Shown: positions 48,461-57,700 of the stretch, piece after piece | Layout: the number at the start of each line of letters is the position of its first letter | How positions within the stretch are numbered: the first letter of the stretch is position 1 | Origin: Candidatus Omnitrophota bacterium | GTDB lineage: Bacteria; Omnitrophota; Gorgyraeia; Zapsychrales; Zapsychraceae | Length of the DNA stretch: 57,700 nt | NCBI GenBank assembly: GCA_016931055.1 | Contig: JAFGFL010000072.1 | Location: forward strand, 1 to 57,700 | Reading direction: 5' to 3' | Notes under the pieces: generated by a model | Databases searched by the model: none | What the model was told of the DNA's origin: nothing | The model's input: the letters and a program-made list of their open reading frames with translations, nothing else | Made by a program: the position numbers and the translations under genes

Positions 48461-49438
48461 ATGCTAGTTGCCAAATATTATAACAACAGCGACATCCGTC
48501 TGGAAGAAATGCCGGTGCCGAAGATCGGGCCCGGCGAGATCCTGGTCAAGGTGGCTGCCAGCGGCATCTGCGGGACAGACGCCATGGAGTGGTACCGCAT
48601 CAAAAAGGCCCCTCGGATCCTCGGCCACGAGATCGCCGGCGAGATCATTGAGTCCCAATCGCGGCGATACAAGGCCGGCCAACGGGTCTTTGTCAGCCAT
48701 CATGTCCCGTGCAACACCTGCAAATACTGCCTCGCCGGAAACCACACAGCCTGCCCAACCCTCCATCAAGGCAATTACGATCCCGGCGGATACAGCGAAT
48801 TCATAAGAGTCCCCAAGATCAACGTCGATCACGGCGTCTATGTCCTGCCGCGCGGGGTCACCTATGACGAAGGAACGATGATCGAGCCGCTGGCGTGCGC
48901 CGTCAGGGGGTTGAGGCTTATTGACGTCCGCGAAGGCCAGACTGTTTTAATCCTCGGCAGCGGCGTCTCGGGGATCCTCAATATCCAACTGTCGAAACTC
49001 AAAGGAGCCAGGGTCGTCGCCACCGACATCAATCCCTACCGGTTGAACAAGGCCAAAGAGTTCGGCGCCGACGAAGTGATTAGCGCCGATAAGAAACTCG
49101 ATATTTTAGCGGATAAGGTCATTGTTTGTACCGGGGCGTTTAAGGCCGTCGAGCAGGCCTTTCAATGCATCGACAAGAAAGGAACGGTCCTTCTGTTTGC
49201 GATCCCCGACAAAGACATTCCGCTTCCCATCCCGGACTTTTGGAGGAATGAATTGACCGTGACATCATCGTACGGCGCGGCCCCAGCCGATCTAAAAGAA
49301 GCCCTCCGGCTGATCGCGGATCAAAAGGTCAACGTCAAAGACACCATCACGCACAAGCTGCCGCTCTCGAAGATCCAGGAAGGATTTAACGTGGTCGTCG
49401 AGGCCAAGGAATCTTTAAAAGTCGTGCTCGTCCCGTGA
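48461..49438 (+). CDS. Zn-dependent alcohol/polyol dehydrogenase
   Basis: GICGTD, GHE, CNTCKYC...C, GSGVSG. Confidence 0.92.
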   Translation: MLVAKYYNNSDIRLEEMPVPKIGPGEILVKVAASGICGTDAMEWYRIKKAPRILGHEIAGEIIESQSRRYKAGQRVFVSHHVPCNTCKYCLAGNHTACPTLHQGNYDPGGYSEFIRVPKINVDHGVYVLPRGVTYDEGTMIEPLACAVRGLRLIDVREGQTVLILGSGVSGILNIQLSKLKGARVVATDINPYRLNKAKEFGADEVISADKKLDILADKVIVCTGAFKAVEQAFQCIDKKGTVLLFAIPDKDIPLPIPDFWRNELTVTSSYGAAPADLKEALRLIADQKVNVKDTITHKLPLSKIQEGFNVVVEAKESLKVVLVP

Positions 49439-49477
49439 TCTAGACCCCACGGCAGCTCCGGGAGTTGCCGCGGGTAC

Positions 49478-51055
49478 CTAGGAGTTCTTTAAATGTTGCT
49501 TCGCCTTCTTCAGCTTTTTCGCGAACATGTCTTTTTTGTAGGCCTCGCCCCATCCCTTAACGATAAACCATCCGCTGAAACGCACAAGGTCATTGCGCCA
49601 TGGCCGGTACCATTTCCTCCAACCGGAGCGGATATTACTCAGATAGAATAATAGCGCCGGAAAAAAGAACACATTCAGGCCGATCTTGAACATATACCGG
49701 AATTGGTAGAAACCTTTCATCAGTGTGCGCTCGGCCCAAAGGACTTCCTCAGCGGTCATGGGTTCATCGGGCTCAAAAAGCGGAAAGTTGCCGTCATAAT
49801 ATTCCCATCCGACATCCGAAAGCGGATAGATCCGGTTGCTTTTCATTAACCGCTCGCGCAGTTCTGTCCCGGGAAGCGGGACCGGCAGCAAGACCTGGAG
49901 GGTATCAATGCGGGCCTTGTGGATGAATCGCTTGTAACGTTTGATCCGCTCGCGCACCGGCATGTGAAAGGCGGCACCCTCCTGCACAGGGTAACCGAAG
50001 ATAAACATTCCGTGCACCAGGAAACCGAATTTATGAAAGACCCTTGTCATCGCGATCATGTCTTCGGGCTTGATCTTCTTTCTCATGGCCTCTAACTCCT
50101 CGGCGATGGGCGATTCGTAGCCGATGGCGACCATGTTGACCCCGGCCTCGCGCATGGCGCCGAGCAGTTCCGTGTCTTTTGATTTATCCAACCGGATCTG
50201 GACAACGGTATCGATCCTCTTCTTGATCCTCTGTTGATAACTTTTCAGCATCCGGCAAAATCGCATCGTTTCACTGCGCTGCTGGCCGAAAAGGTCATCC
50301 ACGATGAAAAAATGCCCGGCCCCCCTGGTTTCCACGATATGACTGATCTGCTCCAGGAGCCGCTCCGGTGAGGCGCACCGCGGCTTTCCCTTGACCGTGC
50401 AGAATTCGCAGTTCATCCCGCATCCGCGGATCCTCCCGACGGGATAAATCTTGATCTTGGCGTAACGCACCAATGAGAAATCGGGCAGCGGCAAATGCTC
50501 GAATTCCGAAAGCAGGTCCCGCTCGGGGGTAAAGACGACCTGGCCGTTTTTAAGATACGCGATGCCCTTGACTGATCCCGCGTCGCCTCCGGCCTCCAGG
50601 ACATCCAGCAGCTCCCTGACCGTTTCCTCGCCTTCATGGCGCACAACGTAATCAATGCCCGAACGCAAGGCCTCCGGGATCGTTTCCTTGACAAAATGCT
50701 GGCCGCCGGTGATTGTGATAATATCTTTATTCGTGTTCTTATAAAACTGCGCTAACTGATATAGGCGGGGAATCGTGCTGGTTAACCCGCCGTACAGCCC
50801 GATCACTTGGGCCGGCCTTTCTCCCTGCAGGAATTTGTGGTCAGCACCGCGCGCCGTGCCTCTGGGGCCGAACCAACGGAGATTGTTCTCATCGATCACC
50901 TCGACGTCCCAACCGGGCCTTTCCTTCACAACGCTGGCGATCGTCACCGCGCCCAGGGTCGTCGTTCGATCGGCCATCCTTGAATAGATATTAAAGGCAG
51001 GATAAGCGGGAATGATGATCCGGAACCGAAGCCTTTTGCCAGATATTTTTATCAT
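49478..51055 (-). CDS. B12-binding radical SAM protein
   Basis: HEGE, RGCGMNCEFC, PLPGT. Confidence 0.9.
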   Translation of the reverse strand: MIKISGKRLRFRIIIPAYPAFNIYSRMADRTTTLGAVTIASVVKERPGWDVEVIDENNLRWFGPRGTARGADHKFLQGERPAQVIGLYGGLTSTIPRLYQLAQFYKNTNKDIITITGGQHFVKETIPEALRSGIDYVVRHEGEETVRELLDVLEAGGDAGSVKGIAYLKNGQVVFTPERDLLSEFEHLPLPDFSLVRYAKIKIYPVGRIRGCGMNCEFCTVKGKPRCASPERLLEQISHIVETRGAGHFFIVDDLFGQQRSETMRFCRMLKSYQQRIKKRIDTVVQIRLDKSKDTELLGAMREAGVNMVAIGYESPIAEELEAMRKKIKPEDMIAMTRVFHKFGFLVHGMFIFGYPVQEGAAFHMPVRERIKRYKRFIHKARIDTLQVLLPVPLPGTELRERLMKSNRIYPLSDVGWEYYDGNFPLFEPDEPMTAEEVLWAERTLMKGFYQFRYMFKIGLNVFFFPALLFYLSNIRSGWRKWYRPWRNDLVRFSGWFIVKGWGEAYKKDMFAKKLKKAKQHLKNS

Positions 51056-51204
51056 CGAAGCCCTTTCTGATATTGGTATTATATCACCAACAATTTATCC
51101 AGTGGCAGCAAAAAATATATCCGGGTTACAATGCTGCAAATTCTTTCTTGGTTACCTAAAGGAACATCTTTACTGATCTTCATTGTCTTATTCTTAACAT
51201 CCGC

Positions 51205-52302
51205 CTAAGGAACGAACTTGTTCCTGATATTTAAGAAATATCGTTCTATGGTAACCGTGGTCAACATTCCCAACATCAAGGAACAAACAATGTAAGCGGC
51301 GATGATTTCGATTCTCCGGCATTCGGCCGGTTCTCCCACGAGCGCATACAACAGGATATAGTGCCATAAATAGATCCCGTAAGAATTTTGTCCCACCCAC
51401 CGCAAAAACGGATTCTGTAACACGTCATTTAAAGGCCTGAATCCCGTAAGCGCGGAAACAATCAGGATCCCCGATGAAATATAGATGAGCGTATACCAAA
51501 ACCAAACATACCGGTTGAAACCTTTAAGCACATAGATAAAAAGGGCTGTTCCCGCAACAAAACTAAGCGCCGACACCCAACGCCTGTTGTGAGCCGCGCC
51601 GTACAGATAGGGTTCCGACATTTTCAATAACCCGCCGAAAAGTAGGGCGTCGAACCGCACGTGCGTCATTTGAACAAGCTGATAACCGGGATGACGGAAA
51701 AAGAAATAGCGCAACGCATTGCCGGCAATGATCAGCAAGATCAGCCCCTTTGTCAACAAAGCCCGCCTTGATGCCGCGCTTTTCTGTGCCGCGCATACCC
51801 CTATGATAACCAGCGGATAATACAGATAAAAATGCGCCTCAACGGCGACAACCCACGTGTGCCCTAAAATCGGAACAGCCGGGATATAATTCTGATAAAA
51901 GATCAATGGGCTTATGACTGAAGGGAAAGTGAATAATTCTTTCGGGCCCATCAGGGCCGTGAAAACTATTCCCGCAAACACGGCAAGCAGATATTGGGGC
52001 ACGATTTTCAGCGCCCGCCGCAGGTAAAACCGTTTTAATGGGATGTCCTGCTCGAGATTTTCGGCCAACAGGCCTGTGATCAAAAATCCGCTGATGACAA
52101 AAAAGATATCGACCCCTAAGTAACCGACCTTAAGGACCCGGTCGAGCGCGTGCGCGAAAGGAATGTTTAAAGCATTCGCCTGTAAGAGCGCCCCCCATTT
52201 AAAAAAGGTCCTGGCATGATGCAATAAGATCCAGAATATGGCAATAGCGCGCAACCCATCCAGAAACGAATAATATTTCTTTACTGTGAGACCGTTATTC
52301 AA
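51205..52302 (-). CDS. Acyltransferase 3 (OafA-like)
   Basis: LDGLRAIA, GVDIFFVISGFLIT, HTW...E, SYGIYLWH. Confidence 0.92.
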   Translation of the reverse strand: MNNGLTVKKYYSFLDGLRAIAIFWILLHHARTFFKWGALLQANALNIPFAHALDRVLKVGYLGVDIFFVISGFLITGLLAENLEQDIPLKRFYLRRALKIVPQYLLAVFAGIVFTALMGPKELFTFPSVISPLIFYQNYIPAVPILGHTWVVAVEAHFYLYYPLVIIGVCAAQKSAASRRALLTKGLILLIIAGNALRYFFFRHPGYQLVQMTHVRFDALLFGGLLKMSEPYLYGAAHNRRWVSALSFVAGTALFIYVLKGFNRYVWFWYTLIYISSGILIVSALTGFRPLNDVLQNPFLRWVGQNSYGIYLWHYILLYALVGEPAECRRIEIIAAYIVCSLMLGMLTTVTIERYFLNIRNKFVP

Positions 52303-52361
52303 ACCTCATCCCCAGCAGATAATTATTGACCAACTTCAACAGCCAATGTTGAAGGGGATAA

Positions 52362-52751
52362 CTATTGGCCTTCTTTTGCCTCGCTTCCCTGTTCCATCAC
52401 GCCCTCTTTCATCATGGGGCAGTCTTTCATCATCTCCATCATGTCCTTGTGCATGGCCTTCATATCCACCTTGATCTCCACCTCTTTGATCAGGTTAAGA
52501 TCCTTGTCGTATTTGAACAGCTTGTTGCCAGCCAAGACGATGACGCCGCCATCGGAAGTGGCCACCATTGACTTTTGCATCATTTGCCCCATCATATTAG
52601 GCATTTGACCCTTCATCATCAGGCCGCCCTTCATCATCCCCTTTCCCATCATCGGCTCATCCTCCGCCGCTGGCTGCGCGAACGACACCGCGCACAAACC
52701 TATTGCGACAATCACTGCCGTTACGATTGCAACTATCGCTTTTCTGTTCAT
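52362..52751 (-). CDS. Exported Met-rich protein
   Basis: Signal peptide; repeated MM-rich tracts. Confidence 0.8.
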   Translation of the reverse strand: MNRKAIVAIVTAVIVAIGLCAVSFAQPAAEDEPMMGKGMMKGGLMMKGQMPNMMGQMMQKSMVATSDGGVIVLAGNKLFKYDKDLNLIKEVEIKVDMKAMHKDMMEMMKDCPMMKEGVMEQGSEAKEGQ

Positions 52752-52907
52752 GTTCTCCTCCTGTATTGTTTTGATTTGTAATTACCGACAGCAGCTCCGG
52801 GAGCTGCCGTGGGTGATTTTTTTTGGATAATGGTGTTTATTATAGCAGGAACAGGCCGGTCACTCTACTTCAATCCTTGGTGTTGGATTGGCATGAAGCG
52901 GTTATCA

Positions 52908-53945
52908 TTAAAAGATCATGTTGGCGATGATCCCGAATAAAATAACCTGCGGCACGGCCACGACCGGCAGCCAAATGGCCGTGCGCCTTCCTACGTTATG
53001 CCATAGCAATCCGATCTCAGTGTAATCGGTCGCGACACCGGCCATCAGGAAAACAAAACTGTTCCCCAACGCGCCGGTCTGTCGGAAGATCTCGAAGGCC
53101 AAAGGAGCCGTCCCTTCCGAGCACACTTCCATGACCGTCGCCGCGACCAACGTCACCAAGAGCCCGACCGCCGTCGGCCCCATATATTGGACAAAAAATC
53201 CTTGCGGAATATACGCTCCCGCCAAACTGGCCAGCCCGATCCCGACCAGGATCCACCACAGCACCATATTCGCCAAGGAAACCGCGCCGCGATAAATGCC
53301 TTTAATATCTTTCTTGGTTTGGTCGATGCTCCAACGATAAGCTTTCCATCTTCTCTTGAAGTCGTCTTTAACCGAAAAACCTTCGTCCAGCTCAAAACTG
53401 TTCTTGTTCTTCTCAATGAGACCTTTCGATTCCAGGAATTGGAAAATAAAACCGGTGATGACGGCAATGACGACCGCGCCCGTGATGATATAAAGCGCTT
53501 TAACGGGGCCGAAAAAACCGATCAGCATAATGGTCAGCGGCAGATTCGCCCACGGGCTTGCCAGGAGAAAAGCGACAACCGCGGGCGTGGATGCCCCTTT
53601 TTTATGCAACTGAATGGCCAAGGCGAGAATGCCGTGACTACAGACGCTCATGAAAAAACCTAGGATCACGGCCGAAAAGATATTTCTCTTCTTTTCTGAC
53701 CGTGCCAGAATGCCGGAAACGTATTCCCTGGGGACATAATGATCGATCGCGCCGCCCAGGACAAGCCCCAATAGGATCGCCCACCAAATGGACCCGACAT
53801 ACATAAACAATGACATCCGGAAAGTCTCCAAAAAAGGGACCGCGTATGAGATCAGTACAGCAAAAACAAGCGCCAAAAAAACAACAAAAGTCTTATTGAC
53901 CTTCTTTCGGGATTGCTGGCTATGGCAATGTTCGCAATTTTCCAT
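52908..53945 (-). CDS. DUF318/ArsP-type permease
   Basis: VCSHG, AFLLASPW, EVCSEG; N-terminal CEHCH. Confidence 0.85.
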   Translation of the reverse strand: MENCEHCHSQQSRKKVNKTFVVFLALVFAVLISYAVPFLETFRMSLFMYVGSIWWAILLGLVLGGAIDHYVPREYVSGILARSEKKRNIFSAVILGFFMSVCSHGILALAIQLHKKGASTPAVVAFLLASPWANLPLTIMLIGFFGPVKALYIITGAVVIAVITGFIFQFLESKGLIEKNKNSFELDEGFSVKDDFKRRWKAYRWSIDQTKKDIKGIYRGAVSLANMVLWWILVGIGLASLAGAYIPQGFFVQYMGPTAVGLLVTLVAATVMEVCSEGTAPLAFEIFRQTGALGNSFVFLMAGVATDYTEIGLLWHNVGRRTAIWLPVVAVPQVILFGIIANMIF

Positions 53946-53960
53946 CGTTATCCTTTCCAC

Positions 53961-55019
53961 CTAGAAACAACGCTTCTTCTGCGTTTTCACGCATTCGGAG
54001 GGGTCCGCGCCGCACTGATAACAGACTTCATTCTCCAGATACTTTCCGTCAAAATAATCCTCGATGTTCTTTAAGGTCGTCATCGCGATATTCGTCATCG
54101 CTTCGCTCGTAAAAAACCCCTGATGCGAGGTCACCAGCACGTTCGGGAACATGATCAGGCGCGCCAGGGTGTCATCGCTGATCATCTCTGACGAAAAGTC
54201 CTCGAAGAAATATTCGCTTTCTTCCTCATAGACATCGAGCCCGGCCGAGCCTATTTGCTTGTCTTTCAGCCCCTTGATCAGGCTTTCCGTCTCAATGATC
54301 TTGCCGCGGCTTGTGTTAATCATCATGACCCCCTTTTTCATTTGGGCGATGCTCTCTTCGTTGATCATATGATAGCTCTCTTTTGATAAGGGGCAATGAA
54401 GAGAAATGATATCCGAATTTCTGTATAATTCATCAAGAGTCACGTATGTGAACCCTCTTTTTTTCGCGTAGTTTGCATCATTATATTTATCGTAGGCGAT
54501 CACTTTCATGCCGAAGCCGAGAGCGATATCGATCAGGCACCGTCCGATCTTTCCCGTCCCGACGATGCCGATTGTTTTGCGATGCATGTCAAATCCCATT
54601 AATCCGTTGATCGAAAAATTGCCGTCCCGGGTCCTGTAATACGCCCTGTGCGTTTTCCTGTTGAGGCTCAGCATCAAGGCGACCGCGTGTTCCGCCACCG
54701 CGTAAGGCGAATACGCAGGAACGCGGACCACATGGATATTCTTGTAGGCCGCTTTCAAGTCGACATTGTTGTATCCGGCGCTCCTTAAGGCGACCAACTC
54801 CACGCCGCATTGCTTTAAAATTTCTATCGTTATGCGGTCAATGGTATCGTTGACGAATGGGCAGACGACACTGTATCCCTGGCTTAAACGCGCCGTGTTC
54901 TCGTTCAAATGGCCGTTAAAGTATTTGATCTGAAAACCATATTTCTCGTTCGCCTGATCGAACGCCTGCTGATCATATGGTTTTGTATCATAGAAGAATA
55001 TTTTCTTTTGCTCGCTCAT
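53961..55019 (-). CDS. ldhA: D-lactate/2-hydroxyacid dehydrogenase
   Basis: RVPAYSPYAVAEH, GTGKIG, INTSRG, DVYEEE, TSHQ. Confidence 0.9.
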   Translation of the reverse strand: MSEQKKIFFYDTKPYDQQAFDQANEKYGFQIKYFNGHLNENTARLSQGYSVVCPFVNDTIDRITIEILKQCGVELVALRSAGYNNVDLKAAYKNIHVVRVPAYSPYAVAEHAVALMLSLNRKTHRAYYRTRDGNFSINGLMGFDMHRKTIGIVGTGKIGRCLIDIALGFGMKVIAYDKYNDANYAKKRGFTYVTLDELYRNSDIISLHCPLSKESYHMINEESIAQMKKGVMMINTSRGKIIETESLIKGLKDKQIGSAGLDVYEEESEYFFEDFSSEMISDDTLARLIMFPNVLVTSHQGFFTSEAMTNIAMTTLKNIEDYFDGKYLENEVCYQCGADPSECVKTQKKRCF

Positions 55020-55149
55020 GATATCCCCTTTTAGGTCAAAACGTAATCAATTATCATTCATTGGTTAGTCGCTCAGCAACAGGGAAACTGACAAGAGCCA
55101 AATTCAACACCGGGCATTGCCGTGGATAATTTGCCAATTCGGACGGCTC

Positions 55150-55836
55150 TCATCTTTTCTTGAAATATTCGTAAACGGTTGTGTTGAGCAACAGCAACAG
55201 CATTGAATATATGAAATCCTCAACCGGGATATTCAGTATCCGGAAGGAAAGGTTCTCTGTATTGTCATACCAAACGACCGGCCCCGCATCAATGAAGCGG
55301 AGGCCGTTAGTCAATATGCCGTTAACAATCAAAAACGGGATTAAGCTGATCAAATACATCTGGAAGAAATAACCCAAATAGTCCGGCTTGATGACATACA
55401 GATGCACGGCCAGAAGAACAGCCATAAGTAGAAACGTTGTCGACGTATAAACCCTGTCCACATTCCATACGGCAGTAAGCAGCAGCATGCCTATGAGAAC
55501 ATTTGTAAAGGGTTTAAGGATCCCCCCCAAGGCATCCTGTTTCTGCAAATAACGTACAACCTCGTAGATAAAAAGGCATGAGAAAGGGATGCAAAAGAAG
55601 AACAGGATTTCTTCAAGAGGGAGCCCTAAAAAATACCGGCCGATGACATACTTGGGATTAAAACCCCAAACACCTCTTCTTGTAAAATATTGATCCCAGG
55701 TGACAAACACTGCCGCCACTATCAGTATCGAAGGCAGGACATATTTCCATTTTTTCGCAAAGCCAATGCGTTTTTCAAAAGAGAAGACAAAAGGCAGGGA
55801 TATCGTTAATAGGTCAACTAATAAATATGTATACAT
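55150..55836 (-). CDS. Membrane lycopene cyclase (fused CrtYc/Yd type)
   Basis: WD...GVW.F, LPLEE and IPVED motifs, NGILT. Confidence 0.88.
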   Translation of the reverse strand: MYTYLLVDLLTISLPFVFSFEKRIGFAKKWKYVLPSILIVAAVFVTWDQYFTRRGVWGFNPKYVIGRYFLGLPLEEILFFFCIPFSCLFIYEVVRYLQKQDALGGILKPFTNVLIGMLLLTAVWNVDRVYTSTTFLLMAVLLAVHLYVIKPDYLGYFFQMYLISLIPFLIVNGILTNGLRFIDAGPVVWYDNTENLSFRILNIPVEDFIYSMLLLLLNTTVYEYFKKR

Positions 55837-55922
55837 GGATGGATGTCAAGATGGTCATGGCTCAAGGCTGCCGCCCGCCAAAATAAATTGCATTTTCGGG
55901 ATTTCAGGTTAAAATCATTTTT

Positions 55923-56801
55923 ATGAACACGCCGAAAGATACCGCAGCCCAGAAGGGTTTTGCCGAGTCCCGTGACATAACAAAGAAATGGGCAAAAAGT
56001 TTTTATTTCGCCTCTTTATTCCTTCCGAAGGAGAAACGATACGCGTCTTACGCGGTATACGCCGTGTGCAGGGCGTGTGACTATTCGGTTGATAATATCA
56101 CAGATACCTCAAAATCACAAAATTTATCACGGATCAAGGAAATAATTAAAGAGGCTTATGAGGATATCCCCCTAACCCAGAATGTCGCCTTGGCCTTTAG
56201 AGAAACCATAAGAACATATCAGATCCCCAAGGAATATTTTGATAACCTGATTGACGGCATGTCCATGGACCTCACGAAGAACCGGTATGAAAATTTTGAG
56301 GAATTGCACGCTTATTGCTATAAAGTCGCGGGCATCGTTGGGCTTATCATGCTGAAGATACTGGGGCACAATCATAAAGAAGCTGAACATCACGCAGTCG
56401 ATTTGGGGATAGCCATGCAGCTGACAAACATTCTACGAGATATTAAGGAAGATTATTCTTTAAACAGAATTTATTTGCCAAGAGATGAAATGATATCGAA
56501 CCATTTAAACGACCAAACAATCGCTGAAGAACAATGGAATGAAGATTTCCGGAATTTTATGAAGTTTCAGATCGCAAGAGCCAGAAAATATTATGAAAAT
56601 TCCGCAAAGGGCATCCCCATGATCAGCAGCGCGCGTTCACGGCTTGTTGTCTTGATGATGAAGGACATATACTCCGGTATATTAACAGCCATCGAAAGAA
56701 CCCGATACGACATATTTGCCAAACGAGTCCGTGTCAGCATGCTTCGGAAGATTTTCTTGTTATTGCGAATTTTGCTTAAAGGCCAATTTATGAACCCCTG
56801 A
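55923..56801 (+). CDS. crtB: Phytoene synthase
   Basis: KSFYFAS, YCYKVAGIVG, LGIAMQLTNILRDIKED, RIYLP. Confidence 0.9.
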   Translation: MNTPKDTAAQKGFAESRDITKKWAKSFYFASLFLPKEKRYASYAVYAVCRACDYSVDNITDTSKSQNLSRIKEIIKEAYEDIPLTQNVALAFRETIRTYQIPKEYFDNLIDGMSMDLTKNRYENFEELHAYCYKVAGIVGLIMLKILGHNHKEAEHHAVDLGIAMQLTNILRDIKEDYSLNRIYLPRDEMISNHLNDQTIAEEQWNEDFRNFMKFQIARARKYYENSAKGIPMISSARSRLVVLMMKDIYSGILTAIERTRYDIFAKRVRVSMLRKIFLLLRILLKGQFMNP

Positions 56802-56857
56802 TCACACCCCGGGAGTGTGATTTTTAATCACACTCCCGGAGTGTGATAGGATTTATG

Positions 56858-57136
56858 CTATCCTACCAACTTGTCAAATTCTTCTACCGCAATGGCCGGT
56901 GAGGAAGAAAATCCAATCCCCGTCATCTTGGCCAGTTCAACAGACGCCTTGAGCGCTGCCTTGTTGTCCGGGAAATCCGCGTTAATAAGAAGGTCAAACC
57001 TTCCCATGAGGACATACATGGAGTTGACCTTTCCCTTTAACTTTTCAACCGCTGCCATGGCTTTTTTAGTTCGGTCTGAGCTAATCCCTTTGAGAGCATC
57101 TTGGGTATACTTCCCTAACATAATGTAGGTTGCCAT
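56858..57136 (-). CDS. GYD-domain protein
   Basis: MATYIML..YT..G...GRFD pattern; strong RBS. Confidence 0.85.
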   Translation of the reverse strand: MATYIMLGKYTQDALKGISSDRTKKAMAAVEKLKGKVNSMYVLMGRFDLLINADFPDNKAALKASVELAKMTGIGFSSSPAIAVEEFDKLVG

Positions 57137-57700
57137 TTCTCCCTTCCTTTCGTTTGTGGTTGACCTTGATAGGACAGTTGCAAACCGCAAACGCGCCTGT
57201 CCCTATTAGTGTTCGCTTTTGGTTGGACAATATTGTAGCAAATTTTAACAAGAAATGGGAAAGAAAAAATTATTGTAACTAACGATTTCTTCATTCGCTC
57301 GGCTGCGGTTTCGCGCTTTCGAATTATGGCCACCTCTCCTATCCCATATCCTGTCGGGGGCAATCGAGCCTTCGGACTTGATAACATAGGTTGACTGGTT
57401 GCCCCCAATCCTCAAACGATATTTCATAATGGCCTATAGCCTGATTGAATGATTAATGATCAGCTTTTAGGCTGTAAGCCTCTAAACTCTTTATTTCCAG
57501 CCATTTCCATTGTTGGCTAATGTCTTATTATTATTGAAATTATGAAGATAGTTACTCTTATTAAATTCTTTCAATCGTCTTGTCGATTGCATTGTTAATC
57601 AGATTTTGATCAACCTTAAATCACCGACTTGGCTTATCTCTTTATTGTTTTGGAAAACTGCCCTCAAAAATTTTTCTTGACAATTGCCACAAAATGTGAC

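Noticed and set aside
57245-57427. 60-aa ORF starting MKYRLRIG (RelE-like motif)
   Set aside because: Similarity is limited to a few residues, with no RBS or antitoxin partner.

Overview
Bacterial chromosomal window with about 65 CDS, mostly on the minus strand, one tRNA-Arg(CCG), no rRNA and no CRISPR array. The gene content (TMTC-like TPR membrane proteins, B12 radical SAMs, many short palindromic repeats) resembles an uncultured PVC-superphylum/Omnitrophota-like organism; this is a weak inference. Bases 1-8600 are an AT-rich accessory island. It holds three gene cassettes, each followed by a copy of a ~100-bp structured repeat, and a lexA-led cluster of two DNA methyltransferases, a LAGLIDADG-like protein lacking catalytic residues and a small PD-(D/E)xK nuclease. 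The rest contains a CIRCE-controlled heat-shock operon (hsp20, exported Hsp20, clpB), a NikR regulon with two operators, a dinB-SRAP mutagenesis cassette, cstA, zupT, lsrF, ldhA and carotenoid genes. The main candidates for novelty are (1) a full-length EF-G fused in frame to an N-terminal transmembrane helix and long coiled coil, (2) the LAGLIDADG-like/nuclease/two-MTase cluster, (3) the repeat-delimited cassette array, and (4) a MITE family with 8-bp target-site duplications, one copy of which rewrote the cstA C-terminus.
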